Shown here piece by piece: positions 28,944 to 39,740 of a stretch of DNA of 64,000 bases. The translations under genes and the position numbers were made by a program. The notes beneath the pieces were generated by a model. It saw nothing but the letters and a program-made list of their open reading frames with translations. It searched no databases and was not told where the DNA came from. Source of the DNA: Candidatus Zixiibacteriota bacterium (lineage in GTDB: Bacteria > RBG-13-66-14 > B26-G2 > WVWN01); the NCBI GenBank assembly GCA_050117845.1, contig JASFLY010000006.1, positions 32,001-96,000 of the forward strand, read 5' to 3'. How positions within the stretch are numbered: position 1 is the stretch's first letter; the number at the start of each line of letters is the position of its first letter.

Positions 28944-28953
28944 TAGTTTACGG

Positions 28954-29196
28954 ATGATACGAATCGACCGGGAAAAATGCATCCGTTGCGGGACGTGCGT
29001 GAGTGTTTGCCCGCAGGCCACTATCGAGATGGGGTTCGATACCTGGCCTGAGCAAGTGGCCCCGGATAGATGTATGGAGTGCGGCGCCTGCGCCCAAAAC
29101 TGCCAGGGCGAGGCGATCGACGTTGACGCCGGGGTGGGGTGCTTCAGCGCGCTTCTGCGCGAGACGTTGTTCGGCGAAGAGGCCGGCTGCGGCTGA
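28954..29196 (+). CDS. hgcB: HgcB-like 2[4Fe-4S] ferredoxin
   Basis: CIRCGTCVSVCP, CMECGACAQNC, GVGC and a C-terminal Cys; 10 bp after the hgcA-like gene. Confidence 0.82.
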   Translation: MIRIDREKCIRCGTCVSVCPQATIEMGFDTWPEQVAPDRCMECGACAQNCQGEAIDVDAGVGCFSALLRETLFGEEAGCG

Positions 29197-29361
29197 GGGC
29201 CGAGAGAGGCCTGAGGTCCGGGCCCATTAATATTAAATATTCTAACGCCGCCCTCGGGGCGGTGTTTTTATTCCTCTCGGCCGCGGCGAAATATCCCGAT
29301 AACGCTAAGACAATTATATGTTACACTCCGCCCTGCGACGTCACGCGAAGGGAGACTGCTC

Positions 29362-30075
29362 ATGGAATACGATACGTGGAGTATTACGCCGCCGGAGTTG
29401 AAGGATTCGGGGTACTCGTTGCTAATGTTCAAGAGCGGCCTGACGGGCCCGTACGACGTGTGCCTGAACGAGATAGGGAAGGTCAATAACATCGGGTCCG
29501 TGAAGCACTGCTACCGGGGCGGCATAAGACTGCCGGAGGCCGAGGCCGGCGCGTTCCAGTCGTTCGAGCTGCGTTTGAAGTCGGCGGAGACGCGGAACGT
29601 CGGCCTGAACATCGCGACGCCTTTCCTGGGCGCGGACCTCAAGAACCGGTTGCTCGAATCCTCCGAGATCCGTTTCAACTACGGCGACGCGGAGGAGTTC
29701 GCCGTCGACTACATCGCCATGGAACGCTTCTTCCAGGACAACGCGCCGGAGTACATCCCGGCCAACGTTCGCGACGCCGCGGACGGCGACGTTACGATAA
29801 TCACCGGCGTCCTGCGCGTTAGGAAATTCGAGATGTACGTTTCGACCGAGGCCGAGAGCGGCCGGGGCCTCTCGCTCGACGTCGACTTCATCAACGAGAA
29901 CGTAGACGCGGGGGCGGGCTTCGAGGCCGGCGCCGAGAGCGTCGAGGGCGTCACCTATAAGGTCTCTTTCTCGAGCGAGGACCGGTACTTACCGCTAGCG
30001 GCCGCTCGGCGGCTCCTTATCTACAACGACGCCACGGAGCGGCTGCTCCTGGGCCACGAGCCGTACAGGCCGTAG
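29362..30075 (+). CDS. Bacterial gasdermin-like protein
   Basis: LKDSGYSL, VGLNI, SSEIRF, VD.IAM.RF..DN, V.IITGVLR.RKF.M, LSLDV..I, LLIYND occur in the order recalled for bGSDMs; GGGAG RBS. Confidence 0.75.
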   Translation: MEYDTWSITPPELKDSGYSLLMFKSGLTGPYDVCLNEIGKVNNIGSVKHCYRGGIRLPEAEAGAFQSFELRLKSAETRNVGLNIATPFLGADLKNRLLESSEIRFNYGDAEEFAVDYIAMERFFQDNAPEYIPANVRDAADGDVTIITGVLRVRKFEMYVSTEAESGRGLSLDVDFINENVDAGAGFEAGAESVEGVTYKVSFSSEDRYLPLAAARRLLIYNDATERLLLGHEPYRP

Positions 30076-30133
30076 GTAGGGGGATTATTGGGGCCGACGT
30101 TCCCGTCGGCCGAGGAATACTAGTTAGCTAATA

Positions 30134-30170
30134 AAAAACGGCGGCCTTTAAGGCCGCCGCTTCTTGTTTT
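30134..30170. terminator. Bidirectional intrinsic terminator
   Basis: A run, CGGCGGCCTT-T-AAGGCCGCCG inverted repeat, then T-rich tail. Confidence 0.75.
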
Positions 30171-30177
30171 CTCTTCG

Positions 30178-30300
30178 GCCGGCTGAAGCCGGCGTTTACG
30201 CTGTGCGGGTCAGGGACCGTCCCCTAAAGGGGACGGTATGAAGAGCCGGCCGTTAACGCTTCGCTGGTCAAACGTGGCGACAAGGGGCTCAAGCCCCTTG
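30178..30300. repeat. REP/BIME-like hairpin cluster related to 19727-19898
   Basis: GCCGGCTGAAGCCGGC...ACCGTCCCCTAAAGGGGACGGT...CAAGGGGCTCAAGCCCCTTG. Confidence 0.7.
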
Positions 30301-32478
<2,178 letters not shown>

Positions 32479-32720
32479 AAAGGTCTCCTTAAAGTGAAAC
32501 CGGCGGCCCGGGTAGGCCGTCGCTGGGAAAAAGTTGCCGCGAATATACCATGAAAAAGCCTATATGTCAAAGGGCAAGAAAGAAGGGATACGCGGCGTAC
32601 CGGGCCGGCCTCTCCGGCGAAAATCTTTACCTATCGGCGGTACGTTATGGTGTATAATAGATATGGTATGAGGGGGATGTCGTATATGAGTCAACCTTAA
32701 GCCGCAAACGAGGTGGGAAC

Positions 32721-33425
32721 GTGCAGTTATTATCGATAATACTGGCGTACGTCGCGTTGGCGGCGGCGGTTGTCGCGGCCAAAACGATGTTGTTTCGGCT
32801 GGGCCGCGGCGGAGGAGGCAAGGCCGGCCCGGCGTTCCTGATAATCCACCGGGGGGCCGGGTACCTCTTCCTACTGATAATGACCTTCCTCTTCGCCGGG
32901 ATGCTCTATAAAGTTACGGAGTACGGCGACGCGTTCTCTCCACGGGTGGCGTGGCACGCGGCGGCCGGCTTCGCCGTGTTCGTCGTTATGCTGTTTAAAG
33001 TGGCCGTCGTGAGGCCCTTTCGGGGCCTTATCAGGCTGGCCCCGGCCCTCGGCATAACTACCGTGGGCCTCGCCTTCGTCGTCGTCGGCCTCGGGCCGCT
33101 GGCGCAGAACCTGGCGGGGGCGGCCAAGGAGGGGCCGGCCGAGGTCGTCGAGGTCGTACCCGGCGAGGCGATGATTGAACGGCACGAGGAGATGATGGGG
33201 ATGATGCGCGGGGGAGAGGAGGACCCGGTTCGGGCGGGGGGCCGCGTCTTCGCGGAGAAGTGCGGCCGGTGCCATCACCTCCGGCGGACCTTCGAGAAAC
33301 CCGCGGTCGATTGGGCCGAGTTAATAGGCCGGATGCGGAGTTACGACGAGGCGTGGATATCGGACGCCGAGGCCGCACAGATAGAGTTATATCTCAAAAG
33401 CGACTACGGGCCGGGGGGCGAGTGA
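32721..33425 (+). CDS. Membrane protein (4 TM helices with His residues) fused to a monoheme cytochrome c domain
   Basis: HRGAGY, WHAAAG in TM region; CGRCH heme motif; W..LI.RM. Confidence 0.8.
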   Translation: MQLLSIILAYVALAAAVVAAKTMLFRLGRGGGGKAGPAFLIIHRGAGYLFLLIMTFLFAGMLYKVTEYGDAFSPRVAWHAAAGFAVFVVMLFKVAVVRPFRGLIRLAPALGITTVGLAFVVVGLGPLAQNLAGAAKEGPAEVVEVVPGEAMIERHEEMMGMMRGGEEDPVRAGGRVFAEKCGRCHHLRRTFEKPAVDWAELIGRMRSYDEAWISDAEAAQIELYLKSDYGPGGE

Positions 33426-33497
33426 GCGGAACACGCGAGGATTAACCCGATAAAAAACGCCGGCCCCGATGGGCCGGCTTCGTCATTTTAATCCGGA

Positions 33498-34127
33498 TTA
33501 GTAATACAGAGCCTTAACCCGCCCCATGCTTACGGGTTCGATGCCAATTTCCCCTTCCATAACGACCCGTAGCATCAAGTTGGTTTCAGCCGGGAAGAGT
33601 TGCCAGATGCTCTGGGCGCGTTTCCAGGTCCGCCGACGGGACGGCGCGGTGTCGAGGCAATAGGGGTCGGCGTCCGGCTGGGCGTATATTTGCTCCGCGG
33701 CGGCGACGAAATGGTCCGACCATTTCGGTAATTCAAAGTCGACCGTGGCGTCGCACCAATTGTATTCGGTTCCTTCCCCTATTACGAATCGTGGCCCCCA
33801 TAACATGTTCGTCGGCACGCCGTTACGGAATAGGAAGATAGCGACGTTGAAACCGTCCCATTGGGAATTCGGCCAGTTGTCGCAGGAATAGAATCGTATC
33901 GTTTTTACGGTTTTGGCGGCTAGCGTAGAGGTGTCGAACTCGTTCCCGATCCAGGTGCCCGCCGCGCCGTGAACGCCGGCGGAGCCGAGAGTTCCGTTAT
34001 CCCATTTGAGCTCGTACGACGTGGGGTTAATATAGATGCGGCCATCCGCGGCCTCTATGTCGGCGCATCGGGCGGGGCCGCTTAAGGCGGCTACGGCGAG
34101 TGCACAGAGGGCGATTACCTTTCCCAT
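33498..34127 (-). CDS. Secreted protein, SxGRVKALY family (B7, dispersed copy; TTG at 34166 is an alternative start)
   Basis: ELKWDNG, WIGNEFD, WPNSQWDGF, FVAAAEQ, NLMLRV; ends PVSMGRVKALYY; TTGACT-N17-TATAAT at 34211-34183. Confidence 0.85.
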   Translation of the reverse strand: MGKVIALCALAVAALSGPARCADIEAADGRIYINPTSYELKWDNGTLGSAGVHGAAGTWIGNEFDTSTLAAKTVKTIRFYSCDNWPNSQWDGFNVAIFLFRNGVPTNMLWGPRFVIGEGTEYNWCDATVDFELPKWSDHFVAAAEQIYAQPDADPYCLDTAPSRRRTWKRAQSIWQLFPAETNLMLRVVMEGEIGIEPVSMGRVKALYY

Positions 34128-34389
34128 AATACGTCCCAGGGCGTAACGTCGAGTCGTTCGGCCCAACTTCCTCTCCGTAATAATTATAGTCTGGAACCGC
34201 CGGCCAGTCAATTATTTTAATCGGGATTAAGCAGGATAACGGAACGGCGTTGCGACTCCCGGGGCGGGCCGGCCTCATTCTTTATACTATATATTGGGGT
34301 AACTATATACACACCACATTATGTTGCGTTTTTCGCTTGCTTATACAAGCCTATATTGTTAGAATGCCGTTGGAGGTACTATATACTGT

Positions 34390-37300
34390 ATGCGTCTTAG
34401 TGCTGTCGATATCTTCGGTTTCAAGTCCTTCCCGCACCGGACCCGCGTCGATTTCGGCCCGGGTATCAGCGCCGTAGTCGGCCCCAACGGCTGCGGCAAG
34501 TCCAATCTCTCCGACGCCGTCCGGTGGGCGCTCGGCGAGCAATCGGCCAAATCCCTGCGCGGCGACGTCATGGAGGACCTTATATTCAACGGAACGGCCG
34601 ATACGCCGCCCCTCTCCATGGCCGAGGTCTCTTTAACCTTCACCGACGTTCAGGGTTACCTCTCCGTGGAGGCCGACGAACTGGTCGTTACCCGGAGGAT
34701 GTACCGTTCCGGCGAGTCCCATTATTATCTGAACAAACAACCCGTGCGCCTCAAGGACGTGCGGGATATGTTCGCCGATACCGGCCTGGGCAAGGCGTCG
34801 TACGCCGTCGTGGAGCAGGGCATGGTCGAGGCTATCGTCAAGGCCAAAGCCGACGAGCGCCGCGAGTTCTTCGAGGAAGCGGCCGGCATCCGCGGCTATC
34901 GGGCCAAGCGCGCCGAGGCGATGCGGAAACTCGACGACGTTCAGGCCAACATGGAACGCCTCGAGGACCTGTACGACGAGTACAAGCGGCGGGCCCGGGC
35001 GTTGAAGCGTCAGGCCGGAGCGGCCCGGCGCTACCAGGGCCTCGTGGACCGGCACCGCGACCTGGAAATAGGGCTGGCCCGTCTTGGCTACAAGGCCAAG
35101 TCGGAACAGAAACGCGCGGCGCTGGCCGGCCGGGACGAATTCCGGACGGCCCACCGGGAGGCCCGCGCCCGCACGACCAACGCCGACGCCGAGGTCTCCC
35201 GCCTGGACGCCGAAATAGCCCGGCTGGAACTCGAACTCGAGCGACGGGAGAAGGACCTGCTGGGGCGCCAGCGCGGCGTGAACGAGGCCGAGGCGGCGAA
35301 GCAGCTCGCCGAGGAACGGGGCCGCGCCGCGGCCGAGGAAGTGGCCCGCCTCACGGCCGAACGGGACCGGCTGGAAGCCGAACTGGCCCGGGCCGACGAG
35401 GAGAACCGCCGGATCGACGAGGAACTCGCGGCGGCGAGGGCGCAGGCCGCCGAACGCGAGGAGCGCCGGACGCGCGTCGCCGAGCAGCTGGCGGAGATTA
35501 GGGAGCGAGAGGCCGAGTTGGCCGAAACGCTGGAGGCCGTCCGCGCCGAGCAGATGCGGCGTCTCCACGACCGCACGCAACTCGCCAACCTCTTCGCGAC
35601 GGCCTCCGCCGCGCGCAAGAGCCACGCCGGCGAACTCGCCCGCCTGCGAGAGGAAGCGGGCCGGCAGTCGTCGCTCTTCGACGAGAAGTACGCCTCGCTT
35701 TCCAAGCTCACCGAGGAACTAGCCTCGCTCGAGCGGGAGTTAACCGGCTGTCGCGAGGCCGCAGGCAGGCTGGAGACTTCCGAAAAGCGCCTGGTCGGCG
35801 AATTGGCGCTGGCCGAGGCCGCCGTCGTCGAGGTCCGGACGCGGCGCGAAAAGGCGGGGTCCCGCCTCGCGTCGCTGGAGGAACTCGCCCGGCGTTTCGA
35901 GTCCTTCGAGACCGGCGTCAAGGCTTTAATGGAGAACGGCCGGCCGGAGGGCATCGGAGGCCTTTTGGCGGAAGCCGTCCGCGTGGAGCCGGGCTACGAG
36001 GCCGCGGCCGAGCGCGCGCTGGGCTACGCCGCCGGGGCCGTGCTGGCTCGGGACCTCCCCACCGCGACGGCCTACGGCCGCCGCCTCAAGGAGGACGGAA
36101 TAGGGAGGGCGGCGTTCCTGATTCCGGGGAACGGCGCCGGCAACCCGGGCGACCTTCCGGTCGTCGAGGGAGTGCGCGGATGGGCGTCGGACTTCGTCCG
36201 TATAGAGGGCGAGTACGCGGGCGCCGCCGCGGCGCTCTTGCGAAACGTCCTCGTGGTGGAGGACCTAACGGCGCTCGAGGCCGTGGTCGAAGTTTACCCG
36301 CATTCGCCGGCGGTCACGCTGGACGGCGACTGGTGGGACGGCCGGGCCGTTTTGATGGCGGGATCGGCCGAGGACGTTAGCGCGACCATCCTGGGCCGTC
36401 GGGCGGAGATAGACAAGCTCGCCGCCGCGGTGGAAAACCTCGACCGCGAGCTGTCCGCGAAACGGCACGACGTAGGCCGCCTGACCACCGAACGCGAAGA
36501 GACCGGCCGCCGCAAGCAGGAAAACGCGGAGCGGGCGGTCCGCCTGGACGCCGCGTGTGAAAATGCCCGGGGCGCGCTCTCGCGGGCCCACGACGAAAGC
36601 CGTTCCTTGGAGGAGAGCCGCGGCCTTATAGAGGCCGAGATAGCCGGTGCGGAGAACCGCCTGGCCGATGCCTTCGAGGACGAGGAGAGGCTGGGCGGCC
36701 AACTGCACGGCACCGAACTCGCCTGCGAGGAGGCCGCCGCGTCGGTCGAGGAGGCCGACCGGGAAATGCAGGAACTCCGCGGCCGGGTCGCCGCGCTCGA
36801 GCGCGAGGCCGCCGACGTCCGCGAGGACGTGGCGACGCTGCGCGAAAAGACGAAGGCCCTCACGGGCGGCCGGGAACGGTTGGCCCGCTTCAAAGTCGAG
36901 GGCACCGAGCGGCTGGAGACCCTCGCGGGGGGGCGGGAGAAGAAGGCGGGAGAGGCCGCCGAACTCGCCGAGGAAATTACGGAGTGCGAGGCCGAAATCG
37001 CCGAACGGCGGAACGTGTTCCAGGAGGCCGAAGGCGGCGTCAAGGAACTCCGGCTGGTTCGGGCCGAACTGGCGGCCCGGCGCCGCGAGGCCGAGGAGAC
37101 GCGGGCGGCGGCCGAAGGCGCGGCCGAGGAGGTCGCCGATTCCCTGAAAGAGAAGGAGATCCAGGTGGCCTCGCTAACCGGCGAGCTTAACGCGCTCGAC
37201 GAATCGGTGGCCGCGAAGTACGGCGTCCGTTTGAGCACGCTGGGGCCGGATGAATACGCGATAGAGGGAGACGTCGAAGAGGCGACGGCGGAGAAGGAAG

Positions 37301-37959
37301 CCCTGGCCCGCAAACTTGGTAAGATGGGAGAAGTAAACTTCCTGGCGGCCCGGGAGTACGACGAACTCGCCGCCTCCATCGCGGAGCTGGAGGGCCAGCG
37401 CGACGACCTGGCGCGCGCCCGGTCCGACCTCGACGAGAGTATCGCCCGCATCGACGGCCAGAGCCGGGAGAAGTTCGTCGCCACCTTCGACCAGGTGCGC
37501 ACGGATTTCCAGGAGATATTCAAAGCGGCCTTCGGCGGCGGCCAGGCGGACCTCCGCCTCCAGCCGGGAGTCGACCCCCTCGACGCCGGCATATACGTTT
37601 ACGCGCAGCCGCCCGGCAAGAAAATGGAGCACCTGACGCTCCTGTCGGGAGGCGAGAAGGCGCTAGCGGCCATCGCGCTTATCTTCGCGCTCTTCAACGC
37701 CCGGCCGGCGCCCTTCGCCATCCTGGACGAGGTCGACGCCCCGCTGGACGAGAACAACATAGGCCGCTTCCTGAAGCTGGTGGCCTCGTACCGCGGCCGC
37801 GTGCAGTTCATGGTTATCACCCACGCCCGCCGAACGATGGAGGAGTCGGACGCCATTTACGGCGTTACGATGGAACGGCGCGGCATTTCCAAGGTATTGT
37901 CGCTTAAATTTGAAGAGGTTCCGGAAGAGTATTTGGAACTCGCCGGGGCCGCTTCTTAA
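34390..37959 (+). CDS. smc: Chromosome segregation protein SMC
   Basis: GFKSF, GPNGCGKSN, coiled coils and hinge, LSGGE, LDEVDAPLD, ITH. Confidence 0.97.
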   Translation: MRLSAVDIFGFKSFPHRTRVDFGPGISAVVGPNGCGKSNLSDAVRWALGEQSAKSLRGDVMEDLIFNGTADTPPLSMAEVSLTFTDVQGYLSVEADELVVTRRMYRSGESHYYLNKQPVRLKDVRDMFADTGLGKASYAVVEQGMVEAIVKAKADERREFFEEAAGIRGYRAKRAEAMRKLDDVQANMERLEDLYDEYKRRARALKRQAGAARRYQGLVDRHRDLEIGLARLGYKAKSEQKRAALAGRDEFRTAHREARARTTNADAEVSRLDAEIARLELELERREKDLLGRQRGVNEAEAAKQLAEERGRAAAEEVARLTAERDRLEAELARADEENRRIDEELAAARAQAAEREERRTRVAEQLAEIREREAELAETLEAVRAEQMRRLHDRTQLANLFATASAARKSHAGELARLREEAGRQSSLFDEKYASLSKLTEELASLERELTGCREAAGRLETSEKRLVGELALAEAAVVEVRTRREKAGSRLASLEELARRFESFETGVKALMENGRPEGIGGLLAEAVRVEPGYEAAAERALGYAAGAVLARDLPTATAYGRRLKEDGIGRAAFLIPGNGAGNPGDLPVVEGVRGWASDFVRIEGEYAGAAAALLRNVLVVEDLTALEAVVEVYPHSPAVTLDGDWWDGRAVLMAGSAEDVSATILGRRAEIDKLAAAVENLDRELSAKRHDVGRLTTEREETGRRKQENAERAVRLDAACENARGALSRAHDESRSLEESRGLIEAEIAGAENRLADAFEDEERLGGQLHGTELACEEAAASVEEADREMQELRGRVAALEREAADVREDVATLREKTKALTGGRERLARFKVEGTERLETLAGGREKKAGEAAELAEEITECEAEIAERRNVFQEAEGGVKELRLVRAELAARRREAEETRAAAEGAAEEVADSLKEKEIQVASLTGELNALDESVAAKYGVRLSTLGPDEYAIEGDVEEATAEKEALARKLGKMGEVNFLAAREYDELAASIAELEGQRDDLARARSDLDESIARIDGQSREKFVATFDQVRTDFQEIFKAAFGGGQADLRLQPGVDPLDAGIYVYAQPPGKKMEHLTLLSGGEKALAAIALIFALFNARPAPFAILDEVDAPLDENNIGRFLKLVASYRGRVQFMVITHARRTMEESDAIYGVTMERRGISKVLSLKFEEVPEEYLELAGAAS

Positions 37960-38071
37960 GTAAAACTCCGGGGCTCCTGATCCCTAAAGGCGCGGGCGGC
38001 CGACTGCGGTCGCCCGCGTTTCTTACGCCCTTTATTGACACTACCGTCCTTTGTTGATATATTTTAACGTT

Positions 38072-38845
38072 ATGCCCGTCTCCGATAGCGATAAATACGG
38101 CGTCTGCCAGAAACACGAGGGGCGGCCGGCGATTGCCGTGTGTCCGCGTTGCGGCCGGTTCATGTGCCCGCTGTGCGTCAGCCACGGGGCCGAGGTCGGC
38201 GGCCATTTGGTGTGCCGGGAATGCATTGCCGTACTCGCCATGCAGAGCGGCCTCCGCCGGGCCGTCGCATGGGAGAAGCGCGACGGTATGTCTTTCTTCC
38301 GGGCCTTTTTCGCGACCTGGCGCGACGTGATATTCGCTCCCCGGGGATTTTTCGGCGGCCTGGATCCGGAGGGGAGTCTTTTCTGGCCCCTCATCTTCGC
38401 CGCTATATGCCTGGCGCTGGGCTTCCTCGGCGGCCTGTGGGGGATAGGCGAGGCGGCGGGGGCGCTGGTCGGCCCGGGCGGCGCGGCGCTCGTCGCGGCG
38501 GTTGCGGTCGGCGTGGCGCCGGCGACGTACATTATATCCTTCGTCATAACGGTCGCGTATCTACATTTGTTGGCCGCGGGGATGGGCGGCTCGGGCAGCC
38601 TGCGGGCGACGGTTCGGGCGACGGCGTACTGCCAGGCCGCGGCTGTGGCCGAGGTAATCCCGGCGGTGGGAGGCATTCTGGCATTCGTGTTGCGCCTCTC
38701 TCTTTACGGCTGGGGCGTCTCGGCGGTGCACGGCTTTTCGGTGAAAAAAGCGATAGCGTTTTACGTTATAATTGTAGCGACGGCCGGGGGGTTTATATAT
38801 TTCGGCGTTCAGTTGTTGACGCCGTTCTTACCGGCAGCTCTGTAG
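38072..38845 (+). CDS. B-box-type Zn finger plus YIP1-like membrane protein
   Basis: CQKH...A...CPRC..MC..C...C..C; WE; P..FF; about 5 TM helices. Confidence 0.78.
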   Translation: MPVSDSDKYGVCQKHEGRPAIAVCPRCGRFMCPLCVSHGAEVGGHLVCRECIAVLAMQSGLRRAVAWEKRDGMSFFRAFFATWRDVIFAPRGFFGGLDPEGSLFWPLIFAAICLALGFLGGLWGIGEAAGALVGPGGAALVAAVAVGVAPATYIISFVITVAYLHLLAAGMGGSGSLRATVRATAYCQAAAVAEVIPAVGGILAFVLRLSLYGWGVSAVHGFSVKKAIAFYVIIVATAGGFIYFGVQLLTPFLPAAL

Positions 38846-38900
38846 GTATTAACCTCGGCCTTCCTCGCCGCCGGGCCCCGTTCCCGGCGCCGGTTGATTT

Positions 38901-39740
38901 ATGGTGAAATCGGTCCCAACGGCGGCCGGCCTGGCCGTCGCAGCCGCGCTGATTTTCGGGGCCTGCGGGCCCGCCGAGAAGCCGGCCTCGACGGCGGAAG
39001 TCCCGGAGGGCGCGGACCTCGTCCGCGGTTCGATAACCGTATTGGGGCCGGAGGACAGGCCCCTCCCCGCGGGCGTCGCCTTCTACGAGGCGGGAGACCA
39101 CGCGCGGCCCAGTTGGCAGGGCCTGGCGGGGGAGGAGTACGGCCTCGCCGCGGGCCGCTACGATTTGTTAATAGAGTACTTCGGCCAGAAGTACTGGCAA
39201 CGGGGTGTGGAGCCGACCGCCGGCGAGAACGCCGTCCGCCTGCCGATGGCGACCTTCTCGGTGGACTTTAGCTCGAGCCGGGGGGACAGGCTGGCGGGGC
39301 GGGTTGAGCTTTACCCGGCGGGACTGACCGACGAGGCGCCGGTGATGGAGGGCGAAACGTACGAGGGGCTGGCGGTGTTGGCCGGGGTGTACGACGTGCG
39401 GGTTACCGTTCAGGACAGGGAGCGGTGGCTGCGCGGCGTCGAACTGGAGGCGGGGGATTACGAGACGAAGACGTTGGTCGAGCCAGTCGGGTATTTGCGG
39501 GTAGACGTGGTCGACCAGGACGGCGAGCCGCTGGAGGCGGAAGTCTGGGCGTACGGCCCGGCCTCGGGCCACGAACCGGCGGCTATCGGAACGAGCTACA
39601 GGCCGATGGCGCTACTCCCCGGCCGTTACGACGTCGCCGTGCGTTGGGCCGGAACGCGGGACTTTTCGTCCGGCGTGGCCGTGCTCCGCAACCAAACCAC
39701 GGTGGAAGTGTTCACCTTTTGGCGAAGTGAGGCTCCTTAA
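38901..39740 (+). CDS. Hypothetical lipoprotein with three beta-sandwich-like repeats
   Basis: Lipobox FGAC; repeated L..G.YD motif. Confidence 0.7.
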   Translation: MVKSVPTAAGLAVAAALIFGACGPAEKPASTAEVPEGADLVRGSITVLGPEDRPLPAGVAFYEAGDHARPSWQGLAGEEYGLAAGRYDLLIEYFGQKYWQRGVEPTAGENAVRLPMATFSVDFSSSRGDRLAGRVELYPAGLTDEAPVMEGETYEGLAVLAGVYDVRVTVQDRERWLRGVELEAGDYETKTLVEPVGYLRVDVVDQDGEPLEAEVWAYGPASGHEPAAIGTSYRPMALLPGRYDVAVRWAGTRDFSSGVAVLRNQTTVEVFTFWRSEAP

